From the NCBI GenBank assembly GCA_004431415.1, contig QPMI01000285.1, positions 1 to 55,004 of the forward strand: a stretch of DNA of 55,004 nt. The letters are read 5' to 3'. A program made the position numbers and the translations under genes. Below are positions 44,715 to 55,004 of this stretch, piece after piece; the first letter of the stretch is position 1, and the number at the start of each line of letters is the position of its first letter. This DNA comes from Cyanophora paradoxa CCMP329. Taxonomy: Eukaryota > Plantae > Glaucophyta. The notes under the pieces were generated by a model. The model saw only the letters and a program-made list of their open reading frames with translations. It had not been told where the DNA came from and did not search any database.

Positions 44715-45113
44715 TCAAAACGGAAATCTATCATGTTTATGTCTTTCAGTCTTCTCAAATGTGAGGAAATTCATTGTTTTATCGATCTCATCTGCTACTG
44801 CTTGTGTTTTATGCTGAGCTTCTTTACCACAACTAAATATATCAATTGCTAACATGCCTTCATTGGAATAACAATGAGCTGTACAGTGGCTTTCATCTAA
44901 TAGCAGAACCAATGCAAAACCAGGAGGTGATACTTTGCCATCAAATATCTCACAGTGTTTATGAACAATCCTAATACCTTGTCTCAATATAGCTTGTTCA
45001 AGGGTTCCCATAATCCAATTACCTAGAAAACTAACATGCTCATGTCCTGTTGCAATAGCTGATTTAGCTTTGTAATCAAGCATAACATGAAAGCCTCTGT
45101 ATTTAGTCTTCAT
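44715..45113 (-). CDS. speD: Prokaryotic-type S-adenosylmethionine decarboxylase proenzyme homologue
   Basis: GFHVMLD, LLDE-SHCTAHCY (pyruvoyl self-cleavage site), AIDIFSCG; 132 aa. Confidence 0.88.
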   Translation of the reverse strand: MKTKYRGFHVMLDYKAKSAIATGHEHVSFLGNWIMGTLEQAILRQGIRIVHKHCEIFDGKVSPPGFALVLLLDESHCTAHCYSNEGMLAIDIFSCGKEAQHKTQAVADEIDKTMNFLTFEKTERHKHDRFPF

Positions 45114-45142
45114 TAAGAATACCTAAGAAAAATTAATTAAAC

Positions 45143-45415
45143 CTAATCGAACCGAATGCAAACATCCCTATATTCCACTGTGATTGATGAAGTAGCCCTT
45201 TTCCTATAAGCCTGAGAATGCTTTTTGTTGCATTCCCTGCATCCTGATCCCTTCACATGATTAAAGGGATATGTTAGGATCACCTTGTTACACTGCAAAC
45301 ATCTAACAGATACTTTCTCTTGAGCTTTGATGTAATGTGTCTCACTGTAATCGAATTTATCTTTACCATGGACTGTCATAGCAGCATCAATAAACTTTTT
45401 TGTTTTACTATCCAT
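45143..45415 (-). CDS. DUF723-like zinc-ribbon protein
   Basis: FI..A..VHG.DKFDYS...Y.....KV...C..C......P.NH..GSGC..C. Confidence 0.75.
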   Translation of the reverse strand: MDSKTKKFIDAAMTVHGKDKFDYSETHYIKAQEKVSVRCLQCNKVILTYPFNHVKGSGCRECNKKHSQAYRKRATSSITVEYRDVCIRFD

Positions 45416-45437
45416 ACTCTATATATAACCAATATTC

Positions 45438-46271
45438 TTATGGAGCAGTATCCTGCCCGAAAATGGGGAAATATCGATTTGTCCCATAGTATTCAGCATA
45501 GGTATTCTGCTTTGCAATAAAATCGGTTCTCTCAGCATATAATACACACTTGTAGATACCAAACTTGGTGGCTCTCACTAAGAACTGATAGTCTTCCAAA
45601 CCGAAATTGACTCCATGATAAGCAATTCCGAAATTATCATATGGGGTGATCACTACTGCAAAGTTGGGAGTTCCACCTTCAACTTGGCATACAGCATAAA
45701 CATCTGGTGGGATATCCACAACAACCTTGTAGTGATCACCAATCTCAACAAGAGAGTCTACTACTGCTGTTTGTTCATTCACAACAATGGGGAATATCTT
45801 TATAATGTATGGGGCATTCATGCTGGGGACATAGGTTCGAATTCTTGTGTTGGGATCAATGGGATTGGGTTGATCATTCACAAATAAAGGCGCTCCAACA
45901 GCCCCACCAACCCGAAGACCATCACCAATATAAGCTCCCCCCGATTTGCAGTTAATAGCTCCCGACCTAGATTCAAAAGAATAAGTAGACAGAGGATCTC
46001 CATAGCTATCTGGGTCTCCATAATGAGCAGAAAAGTTTGCATTTGTGACAAGTAGCTTAGTTGTCTTAACTATTCCATTATTTTTATCACATCTGAGTTC
46101 CTGTAATCTCAGCTTGTGGGTGGAACCAAAGGTGTTCATTGTAGGTTGGACCTCTGTTGATTGGAGACCCTCTACATCATCAAAGGTAGCATGCTGTAAA
46201 ACATGGTTTGCTGGGGCAGCTAATGATAGTTGAGGTGTAATAATTCGTTCAAGTGGGGGTTGCTCAGCCAT
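45438..46271 (-). CDS. Putative structural protein (paralogue of 46295-47149)
   Basis: ELRCDKNNGIVKTTKLLVTNANF..SGGAYIG shared with neighbour. Confidence 0.7.
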   Translation of the reverse strand: MAEQPPLERIITPQLSLAAPANHVLQHATFDDVEGLQSTEVQPTMNTFGSTHKLRLQELRCDKNNGIVKTTKLLVTNANFSAHYGDPDSYGDPLSTYSFESRSGAINCKSGGAYIGDGLRVGGAVGAPLFVNDQPNPIDPNTRIRTYVPSMNAPYIIKIFPIVVNEQTAVVDSLVEIGDHYKVVVDIPPDVYAVCQVEGGTPNFAVVITPYDNFGIAYHGVNFGLEDYQFLVRATKFGIYKCVLYAERTDFIAKQNTYAEYYGTNRYFPIFGQDTAP

Positions 46272-46294
46272 TTTACATTAAAGGGATATATCTT

Positions 46295-47149
46295 TTATGG
46301 GGTTGGGTCATCAATTACATCTGGTTCCATGTAAAATCCTGTTGTGAATATATCAGCAACATTTACCCCACGAAGTGCTGATACAGCTGCTATATCTGTT
46401 CTCAGTCCCATAATCATAGTATTGTATACTCCAACCTCAGTGACAAACAGATCATAGGTAAATGTCAAATTGTTATAAACACAATATCCTCTGCCAAAAT
46501 GGTTCGAAGCTTGAACAAAGAATAAGTAGTTGTGTCCTGGTTGATTATTATTGGCTCTACACATGGAAAGCATTGCAGTGGGAAGAGGAATATTTCTTCT
46601 TACTCGATCAGTTCCTGTAATGGAAACCAATTCTGAATTTTCAAGAGTGACAGATGATGCAACATAGAAATGCAGAAAAGGTTGCTGTGCAACTGGTGTA
46701 TAGAAACGTATTCGTTGGGGATTCTCTACATTTTGTTCAAGAGTATCTGGGACATCATTATACGAAATTGAGGATGAAAGTTGACCTGAAATTCGACAGC
46801 CACCCCCAATAAATGCTCCTCCTGATCTCACAGTAACAGCTGCAGAATTCTTGTCGAAATCAAGGGCTTTCAGATCAACACTGTAAGCATCTGGACCTCC
46901 ATTAGTAGGTTGGAAGAAGTTTGCATTTGTGACAAGGAGTCGAGTTGTTTTCACCACACCTGAATTCTTATCAGCTCTCAGCTCTTTAACTCGAATAATC
47001 GAATTCTTATCAAAGGAGTTACCATTGGAATTGGGTCTCTCTGTGGATTCTAAACCACGAACCTCATCATTAACTTCATGCTGGCGAAAATGCATTGCAG
47101 GGGATCCAAGGGAATATATAGGCAGTTGAACTCGATTATATTCACCCAT
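46295..47149 (-). CDS. Putative structural protein (start MGEY; paralogue of 45438-46271)
   Basis: ELRADKNSGVVKTTRLLVTNANF..SGGAFIG; upstream TAGTAAAAG motif. Confidence 0.7.
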   Translation of the reverse strand: MGEYNRVQLPIYSLGSPAMHFRQHEVNDEVRGLESTERPNSNGNSFDKNSIIRVKELRADKNSGVVKTTRLLVTNANFFQPTNGGPDAYSVDLKALDFDKNSAAVTVRSGGAFIGGGCRISGQLSSSISYNDVPDTLEQNVENPQRIRFYTPVAQQPFLHFYVASSVTLENSELVSITGTDRVRRNIPLPTAMLSMCRANNNQPGHNYLFFVQASNHFGRGYCVYNNLTFTYDLFVTEVGVYNTMIMGLRTDIAAVSALRGVNVADIFTTGFYMEPDVIDDPTP

Positions 47150-47188
47150 TGCTTCTTTTACTAAGAAGTAAAGAAAAATAAACTGCAA

Positions 47189-47494
47189 TCAAGCCAAAGT
47201 GATTAAATTCGATCCAAGGGATTGGTAGGCAACTGAAAGTGATTGAAGGTTGGATGTCATCGCTTTGAGGTTAGAATCACATTCACCATATTTTTTTACT
47301 GGGTCACCATGAGCCGATTGCGCAAGGACATTAACCAAGAGGTTTTTATACTCATTTACAACTGGTGAGAGCTTGTTAGTTTGCTGAATCGTTTTTTCAA
47401 CTGTTTGTAATGCGTTTACAAGGGTGATTGTATCGAAAGAAAGCGCAACAGGCTCAGTTGAATAGGTGGTTCCACCAAGAGGATAGGTCGCCAT
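47189..47494 (-). CDS. Hypothetical 101-aa helical protein
   Basis: ORF tightly packed behind the fibre gene. Confidence 0.6.
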   Translation of the reverse strand: MATYPLGGTTYSTEPVALSFDTITLVNALQTVEKTIQQTNKLSPVVNEYKNLLVNVLAQSAHGDPVKKYGECDSNLKAMTSNLQSLSVAYQSLGSNLITLA

Positions 47495-47497
47495 TTA

Positions 47498-50400
47498 TTA
47501 TACTTTGACATTTTTAATTTGGTCTATTTGATCCTGTAGATCTTTGCATTTTTGGGACAACTCCTTCACAGCTTCAATGAGAACTGGAATTAAACCTGTG
47601 TATTCAAGAGATAGGTAGCCATCGTCTTTTTTAACATTAACTACCTCTGGTATTACCTTTTGAACATCTTGTGCAATTAAACCTAATTTAACTCCATCTT
47701 TTTCACTTCCAATTCGTTTAAAACTCACTCCCTCTAATTTCTCTATTGCTGAAAGAGCGCCGGTTATCTTTTTAATATCTGTTTTGTATCTTATGTCACT
47801 TCCTTGTGTTAAATAACCTCCAATCCACATCCATCCTCCATGATACATGTAACAAATATCAGTATCTTGTTCATTTCGGAATACAAGGGGAATATCTCCC
47901 CCTCCTTTCAAATATGTAGAAGTTTGGTTACCGAAATGGATACGATGGTATCCATCACTTGAACTAAACCAAGTCCCCACAGTTCCTGTTAAGATATTTG
48001 GTTTACTATAAACGTTATTCCAATGAATATAGCCGGTGTGACCACCATAACTATTTCCTACCCAAATTTTCATGTAACTAATACCCATAATATGAACTCT
48101 TCCAATCTTTGGTCTAATCCGAATAGTGAGGAATCTATTTCCAAGATGTATTGGAACATTATTTATACCACTGTGGTTACCATCAGGAGATGTGGCGTAT
48201 GGTTGATAACTATTCACTGATGTAATAAAAACTTCATTCCCTTGTCTATTAACTCCCCAAATTTCAAAAAGTCGTGAGTTAGTCCAAGGTAAATAGGTTA
48301 AAAATGCTGTTCCTGTGTGGTATCCATCGGGTATATCGAAGTCAATCCAAGCGGTAGATGTTTGATCATCCGTTTGATTATTATAGACATATGAACCATA
48401 ATTATAATATGGATCCCATGCTGAACTCCATGCCCATGTCCAACCCTCAGAACATCTATTAAATGCAATACCTCCTACTGTTTTATCTGCTGTGTGAAAC
48501 TTTGGAACAGCATTACCATTTATTTGAAGATCTGTTGTCGCATTAATAGTGGGTGCTGTAATAGTGTTTTTCACCCAAAAGTTACCATTGTTATAAGACT
48601 TTAAAATTGCTCCATCTGCTGAGTCTCTAAATTCAATTGACACACCGTCACCATTCGGTCTCCCTCGTATATATGTGCAATCGCCATTACCAAACCAAAT
48701 TCGCTCGACTGCATCTACTGATTTTAACCATGTATTTGTTGGCCATGTTGCTGTTCCTGGGAGGTCTGCGGCTGAGTAAAATGATGGTTTGCTATATACA
48801 TTATCCCAAGAGATCATCCCAACCTCATTATCTGTTGCCCTCTGTCTACTCCACCCAAAAACACCTGTAAGATGGATTCTACCTTTTCGACCTTGAACAT
48901 ATATTTTTGTGTAAAACTCACAGTTAATAGAGATGAAAAGTATACTGGATTGTGTTCCATCATGTACTGATGCTTGAATACCTTGATAAACATTTAAACG
49001 CCGAAGGAAATGTTGATTACCATTAGCTGTTTGACCATAGATGTCAAAATATCTACAATTAGACCAACACATGGTTTGAATATAAAACGTTTTCATTCCT
49101 GTGGGGACATTCCACCTCATCCAACAAGCGCTACAATCTTCATCATTTTGTGGTGTTGTATAACATCCTGTTTGTCCGGTTCTTGGTGTCCATCCTAAGT
49201 TCCAATTATTTGCGCTTCTATCTGTCGAAACCACATCTAATTGGTCGAAATCGTAACCTTTTGGTATTGTGGTTCCACCAATTTGTAAAGTGGTAGCATT
49301 CACAGTTCCTGTTACAGTTCCACCTGTAAGAGGTAAATAATTCCCAAGAGCTGCTGTTAATTCGGTATCTGTTACAACATCTGTAAGAGCTAATTGTAAT
49401 TCTGTATTTGTTACATAATCTTTGTTTTCTAAATAATCATCTGTAACAACACCAGAGAGGGTCTCATTGTGTAAGTTTTTTGCTGCCATCCTCTGATTGA
49501 CTTCTAAGGCTCCTCCTGCTAATGTTTTAATCCAGGACATTTCGCATTTCCCATAGTTATCTGATGGTTGTCCCGCAAGTGGGACATAATTGAATTTGGA
49601 TCGACTGAATATTATTTTAGGTCTGGAGCCATCAGTTGCACTGACATCTGTTACATTTACTTGCATAATGGCATCCTTGTCATCATATGCTGCTGGATCA
49701 GATGGGAGAGGTGGTAATCCTGATGTCAATGGGATGTCCTCATTATAATAACTTGTTAAGAAGATGCCTGGTTTGGTATCAATCACCCCAACACCACCTG
49801 CTGAAATCATTTGGATTCTTGTTGGTTGTTTGATGTATAATTCACCTTCCATTGTGGTCCCTCCATCAATGCCTTTTCGATTGACATAATAATCATTTAG
49901 TTGTAGCCTTTCAGGTATGGTATTACTCTGGTAGAGACTCACACCATTTGTAAAGTCTGTCAAAATATTGCCTGCTGATGAAAACCTGGGCTGCTGGTCG
50001 ATTTCACTCCAAGGGTGTCTGTGGTTACTGTTGGTGATCTGGGAATAATCATGAGTATGGGAATCAGGAGGGAATGTTAGTGGTCTATCTGTGATATGCT
50101 CCCATAAATGTGTGTGATCAAAATCTGTGATCTCTGATTTAGTATGAGTGTGGTTACTGTTGGTGATCTGGGAATAATCATGAGTGTGAGCAACAGGTGG
50201 AAAGGTCAATGGCTTGTCTGTGATATGCTCCATAAGTGATTGTGAGAACTGGGAGGGAATGTCAATGGCTTGTCTGTGATATGCTCCCATAAGTGATTGT
50301 GAGAACTGGAGGGAATGTCAATGGCTTGTCTGTGATATGCTCCCATAAGTGATTGTGAGAACTGGGAGGGAAGGTCAAAGGTTTATCTACAATATTCGAC

Positions 50401-53400
50401 CAGGCATGGGTGTGGTCAAAATCTGTAATCTGGGCTTTTGTGTGAGTGTGATTTTGAATCCAACCTTGAACCACATTAGAGGTTGGATGATGTGGTAAAT
50501 TTGCATTGCTTGTAACTGTAAGGTAATCTATTACAGTATCAGGTGAGGTTATTTTTAATCCTCTGTAAATATTCAGAGTCTGGGTATGAGTGAATCCATA
50601 TTTTTGTTGAATGTAATACCTCACAGCATTCTTTTCAGAAGTTGTCAAAGCCCTATTGAAAACAATCAACTCGGAAATACCACCATTCACAATATTACCA
50701 AATCCGAAATGATTGACAGTATTATCTGGTAGATAATTTGTTCCTACAAGTGTTTCAATATCTACTCCATTTAACCCGACTGTGTAGCTGCTGGAAGTAA
50801 TTGTTTGGTCAGTGTAATACCATGTATTTATTAAAGAAGGAACCGTAATAACTGGGCGGGTTTGGGATGCTCCATTAATAGTGAACTGGTTCATTCCAAT
50901 AGCAGTAGAAGATGTTGCCCCATAATAACAATATCGTGATGGAAAGGCGCTTCTGTAAAGTCTCAAGTGAACTTGCATAGAAGAGGCAGTTGGATGATAT
51001 TTTCCCACAAAGAAAAATGTAAGCCCATTTGAGAAATCAATAGTTCTTGCAGCAGAGGTATATGCATAAAAAGTGCCTGTTGGGTTTGAAACACTAACTT
51101 GGTTGTTGATTTCGGGATTGGTGTAATAGGAACTGGCTCCGGAGATAAACAAGTCTGGAACAACTGAATTCGGGACTCTGCTTACTATAGTTGTATACAT
51201 TGCTGATTGACCTGGTACTCCTGATGCCTTCCAAGCAAAAATGCAGTTCGAGATATTTGATGCTGGATCAAAGCTTGGTGGGACATCATACCATTCTTCG
51301 TAAACCTGATTCATGGTATTGAAATTGCAAGAGCCAATTGTGAGGATTCCATTACTTTCAAATTGCTGGTCTCTATATTGCTACTGTAAATATTACTATT
51401 AACTGTGAGGTTTCCTGTGATTGTCCCACCCACAAGAGGGAGATATTTGGATAGTTCTGCTGCAAGTTCAGCTTCTGTAATAAATTGATCAAGCATAGCA
51501 AGGGTTACAAAATTAACAAGGATTACTGCAGTAAGGTAATCCTCTGTGACCACTCTCGAAATATTTTCGTTGTGTATGTTTTTGCAGCCATCCTCTGATT
51601 GGCTTCCAGAACCCCACCATAATCTGTTTTAATCCATGCAAGCTCTGCCCTCCCATAATTATCATTTGCAGTTCCCACTATGGAATGTAGGAATATTTAT
51701 CTCTGCTGAATACTATCATTGGTCTTGAGCCATCCAAACTGCTTACATCTGCTACATGAACCTGTATAGCAGAGTTGAAATTTTGGTAGGTTGCTGGGTC
51801 TGTTGGGACTCTGAATGTATCTGTGGGAATGTCAGCCTCCATGTAGCTTGACACAAAGATATTTGGTATGGTTGCTCCTGGTTCAGGTGGTGGATCATAA
51901 GAGCCTGGTAATGTCCTAATATGAAGTGGTCCTCTCATAGCTGAATTTGCAAGTGTCCCATTCACATGTACATAGTGTTCATTCAAAAAGATTCTTTCAG
52001 GGACATTACAAGTCTGATAAAGAGAAACCCCCAGGGTTGCCAAAGGCTCCACCTTTGCAAATTCTGGTTGGTCATTGATCTCATCCCAAGTATGTTCATG
52101 TTTGCTTGGTGGGAACTCAGTTGGAATCCCATCAATTTCTCCCCAATCATGTCTGTGATCCTCTGGTGGATATTTCTCTGGTTTCCCTAAGATCTCATCC
52201 CAATCATGATTGTGATCCTCTGGGGGATACTTTGCAGGTTTATTATTAATTTGTTCATAATCAGGAAAGAACTCCCAGATCTCAGGTCGAAATCCATCTG
52301 GTAATAATTCCTCATAGGGTTCATAAGGTTGCTCATAATCAACAGCTGGTGGATCATGCCCATCTGGCAAATACTCCTCATCAGGTTCATAGTTCTGCTC
52401 ATACTCAAACTCTTGTGGATCTAAGCCATCTGGTAGTATCTCCTCCTCATTGGGGTCAAACTGATCATATTCATATTCTTGTGGGTCAAAACCATCTGGT
52501 AAATACTCCTCCTCATCTGGAACGAATTGATATTCATCAAGCTCTAATATGTCGACTTCAGGAGGTAAATACTGCTCATCTATTTGCTTTCTTGGTTCAA
52601 TTATAGGTTTATTGCGAACTTGCTCCCAACTAACAATATGCTGCCCAAAGGCTACATCTTCAGTTGCTGTGTATTCTCTTCCAGGCTGCTTTTTCGGTGT
52701 TAAATCCGGTGGATCCCATGGAAGAGGGAAGGGAACTGGGACAGGTCCATAATACTCAAAGATCTCTCTTATGGTCTTCTCACTTACAAGCTTCTCACCA
52801 TTTGCATACACATTGCTGCCATGGATATTTCGCCATTGCCTGGTTCGAATTCCAAGGTCTTTCACATTGCTATACAAAGGCAAAAGGTGCCTATCCATTT
52901 CAACAAGATCAGGATGTAAATGGATTGCTACTGGTTGACTGGGGCTACTGTTGATTGTAATTGATGGCTTTTTTTGATGGACATCTTTTGGAGTAAAGAA
53001 CCCAAAAGGCTCATTCCTCGCAAAGTCATATGTAATATCCTTGGGGTAGACATCATTTGTGTAGGAGACCTGATTTGTATTGGCAATGGGACCCACTTGC
53101 AATACTTGGGGGACCTCTGCTTTTGCAGTGCTGCCCTCATTGTAAATTCGCAAAGCTGTGTTCTGTTTGCCCTGCTCATCTTGAACATTGAAAATCAATC
53201 GACCACTATCAAACCTAGAAGGTATATCTGGGTGAGTGCCACTGGTTTTTAGTTTCCTAGGTCTCCTTCTTGTTGCTTTGATCTCTGCCACTTGGTTTGC
53301 TTTCACATTACCCAAGCTAAAAGCAACACTGACTTCCTCCTTATCTGGATCGGTTTGATTCACAGATAAAGCATGCTCCCTTGATTGAGTCTTGGAAGTA

Positions 53401-53525
53401 TTATCAGAGCTGTGGTCAATCGAAACTGAACCCTTTACTTTAATATTATCAAAGTTCACATGCTTGGTGCTGCTTGCATTATCATCTTGAATGGTTTCTA
53501 GATTGGGTGGGTAATTGAAGCTCAT
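47498..53525 (-). CDS. ~2000-aa modular fibre with C-terminal peptidase S74 intramolecular chaperone (frameshifted into 4 ORFs)
   Basis: SDIRYKTDI..GLIAQDVQKVIPEVV..LIPVLIEAVKEL; HxH repeats; duplicated ~180-aa module; LamG-like domain. Copy A restores the bases missing at ~51680 and ~51580. Confidence 0.85.
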
Positions 53526-53566
53526 GGCTTTACTATATGGATTTATAAAATCCTGATAAGTAAAAG

Positions 53567-55004
53567 ATGCCTCTCAGGGTTTGTTTAAGTCTTTCTGGTG
53601 GGGGTGCAAGGGGCATTATCATAACCAGGCTGCTAAAAGAAATCGAAAATCGAACTGGCAGGAGAATAATCGATCTTGTGGATCTTGTGAGTGGAACTTC
53701 CACTGGTGGGATCATTGCAATAGGTTTGAATATAAGGCATCCTGATAGACCAGGTGAACCTAAACTGACAGCAAACGATTTACACAATATTTACCTAACT
53801 CAACTGCCCTTGATTTTCGCAAATCCTCGAAATATCATCGAAAATGCCCTTTTTAATACAAAATATGATGTGGGACCCTTGGAGACTGCAATCAATTCAG
53901 TTACTGGTGAATCACTAATACAGGATTCCCTAAAGGACATTGTGATTACATCCTTTGATACTCAGAATATGAAACCAATATTTATCACAAATGATAACAA
54001 TTACAACTTTATGCCTTGTAAGATTGCTGCTAGGGCTACTTCTGCTGCTCCTACATATTTCTCTCCTGTAAGCATTGTTGATTTCAATCAGGGAGTATTT
54101 GTCTGTCTCATTGATGGTGCCATTTCGGGAAACAATAATCCCAGTGTGTGTGGTTACAGCCATGCAAAGAAGATTTACAGTGATGATGATGATATTATAG
54201 TAATAAGCATCTCTTGTGGTGAGGTGGACCCACATTTAGAGTCTGATTATGTGGGTTATGCTTATGAGACTGTGAACAGCTGGGGAATTCTCTCATGGAT
54301 TGCCTCAACAGATGGAAGCCCATTGATTAACATGCTCATGGCTGCAAGTGAGCTTTCTGCCCTTGATAAGATGGAGGAGTTGTTACCCTACAACTATGAT
54401 CAGGATTATGGAAGATACTATAGGCTATCAGTCCCTCTTCCAAATCACATTGTAAGCTCTCTGGATGACACATCTAAGATCCCAGATATGCTAGCATTCA
54501 CTGAAACATACATTGCAGCAAACAATGATATGATTAATAAGCTTTGCAGTCTTCTAGTAGCAAACTATGAACTAAAGAACCCTACAAAGGCTTACATCTC
54601 ATCCACTCTCACAGAGTCACCTCCTTTAGATGCTAATTGGTATCAGCTTGCAGATGATGCCTTTACTGCCTCATCCTCTGTGACAGGTAAAGAGCCTTTC
54701 ATGGCAAGACCTTCAGCATTTGGCTGGGAAGCTGGAGCCTATGCTCCTGAACAAATATGGGAAACTCCCACGAATACCTTCAAGTTGCTTTTCCATATAC
54801 TTTTGAACTCTCATCTGTGATTGCCTATGGATCAGGGAAACAAATGCTTTTATTAAGACTTTCAATGTGGCAACATCCACTGATGGATCAACTGGTCTTT
54901 TATTCGATCAGATGGGCAAAACAAAATATATGTCTGTGAGAACATTAACAATGCTCACAACTCTGGTGATGTGGCTCTATTGAGTGGATTTCCTCTCAGC
55001 ATCA
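53567..55004 (+). CDS. Patatin-like phospholipase-discoidin fusion, copy B (3' frameshifts, runs off window)
   Basis: LSLSGGGARG, GTSTG, ATSAAPTYF, DGA..NNP; discoidin-like tail as in copy A. Confidence 0.92.

Larger units (their letters stand above)
43383..55004 (+). mobile_element. Endogenous Polinton-like virus, copy B (left end at 43383; continues beyond window)
   Basis: Abrupt GC-to-AT switch at ACACATA; fibre and patatin genes near-identical to copy A. Confidence 0.93.

Noticed and set aside
50200-50380. Tandem 57-bp repeats (and ~36-bp repeats at 40-190) as a CRISPR array
   Set aside because: No unique spacers; they encode HxH fibre repeats; no cas genes.

Overview
Eukaryotic, GC-rich, intron-dense host DNA, probably from a primary-plastid alga (glaucophyte-like, judged from a cyanobacterial-type GatA with a transit peptide). 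It carries two same-orientation copies of one AT-rich endogenous Polinton-like virus (PLV). Copy A (<1-20644) shows the right ~20 kb and copy B (43383->55004) the left ~11.6 kb; joined at the shared patatin gene they reconstruct a ~27.5 kb genome. The genome encodes a double-jelly-roll MCP, two pentons, an A32 ATPase, an AEP primase-SF3 helicase, a GIY-YIG nuclease, a protein-primed PolB with apparently dead proofreading, an rve integrase, a patatin-discoidin fusion, a ~2000-aa modular fibre with an S74 chaperone and a swapped LamG cassette, and an AdoMet decarboxylase homologue. The most unusual signals are non-coding: each end is a self-contained 28-bp fold-back whose arm sequence co-varies between ends; an iteron-like array behind the primase-helicase is repeated sub-terminally; and a tRNA-like element follows the integrase. 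Between the copies lie an unclassified intronless gag-like element (cut by copy A), host thiE and gatA (7 of 16 gatA introns are GC-AG), a hAT MITE, a LamG-gene fragment and a LINE fragment (cut by copy B). Many single-base indels, probably assembly errors, break ORFs. All family assignments are from motif recognition by eye; no searches were run.
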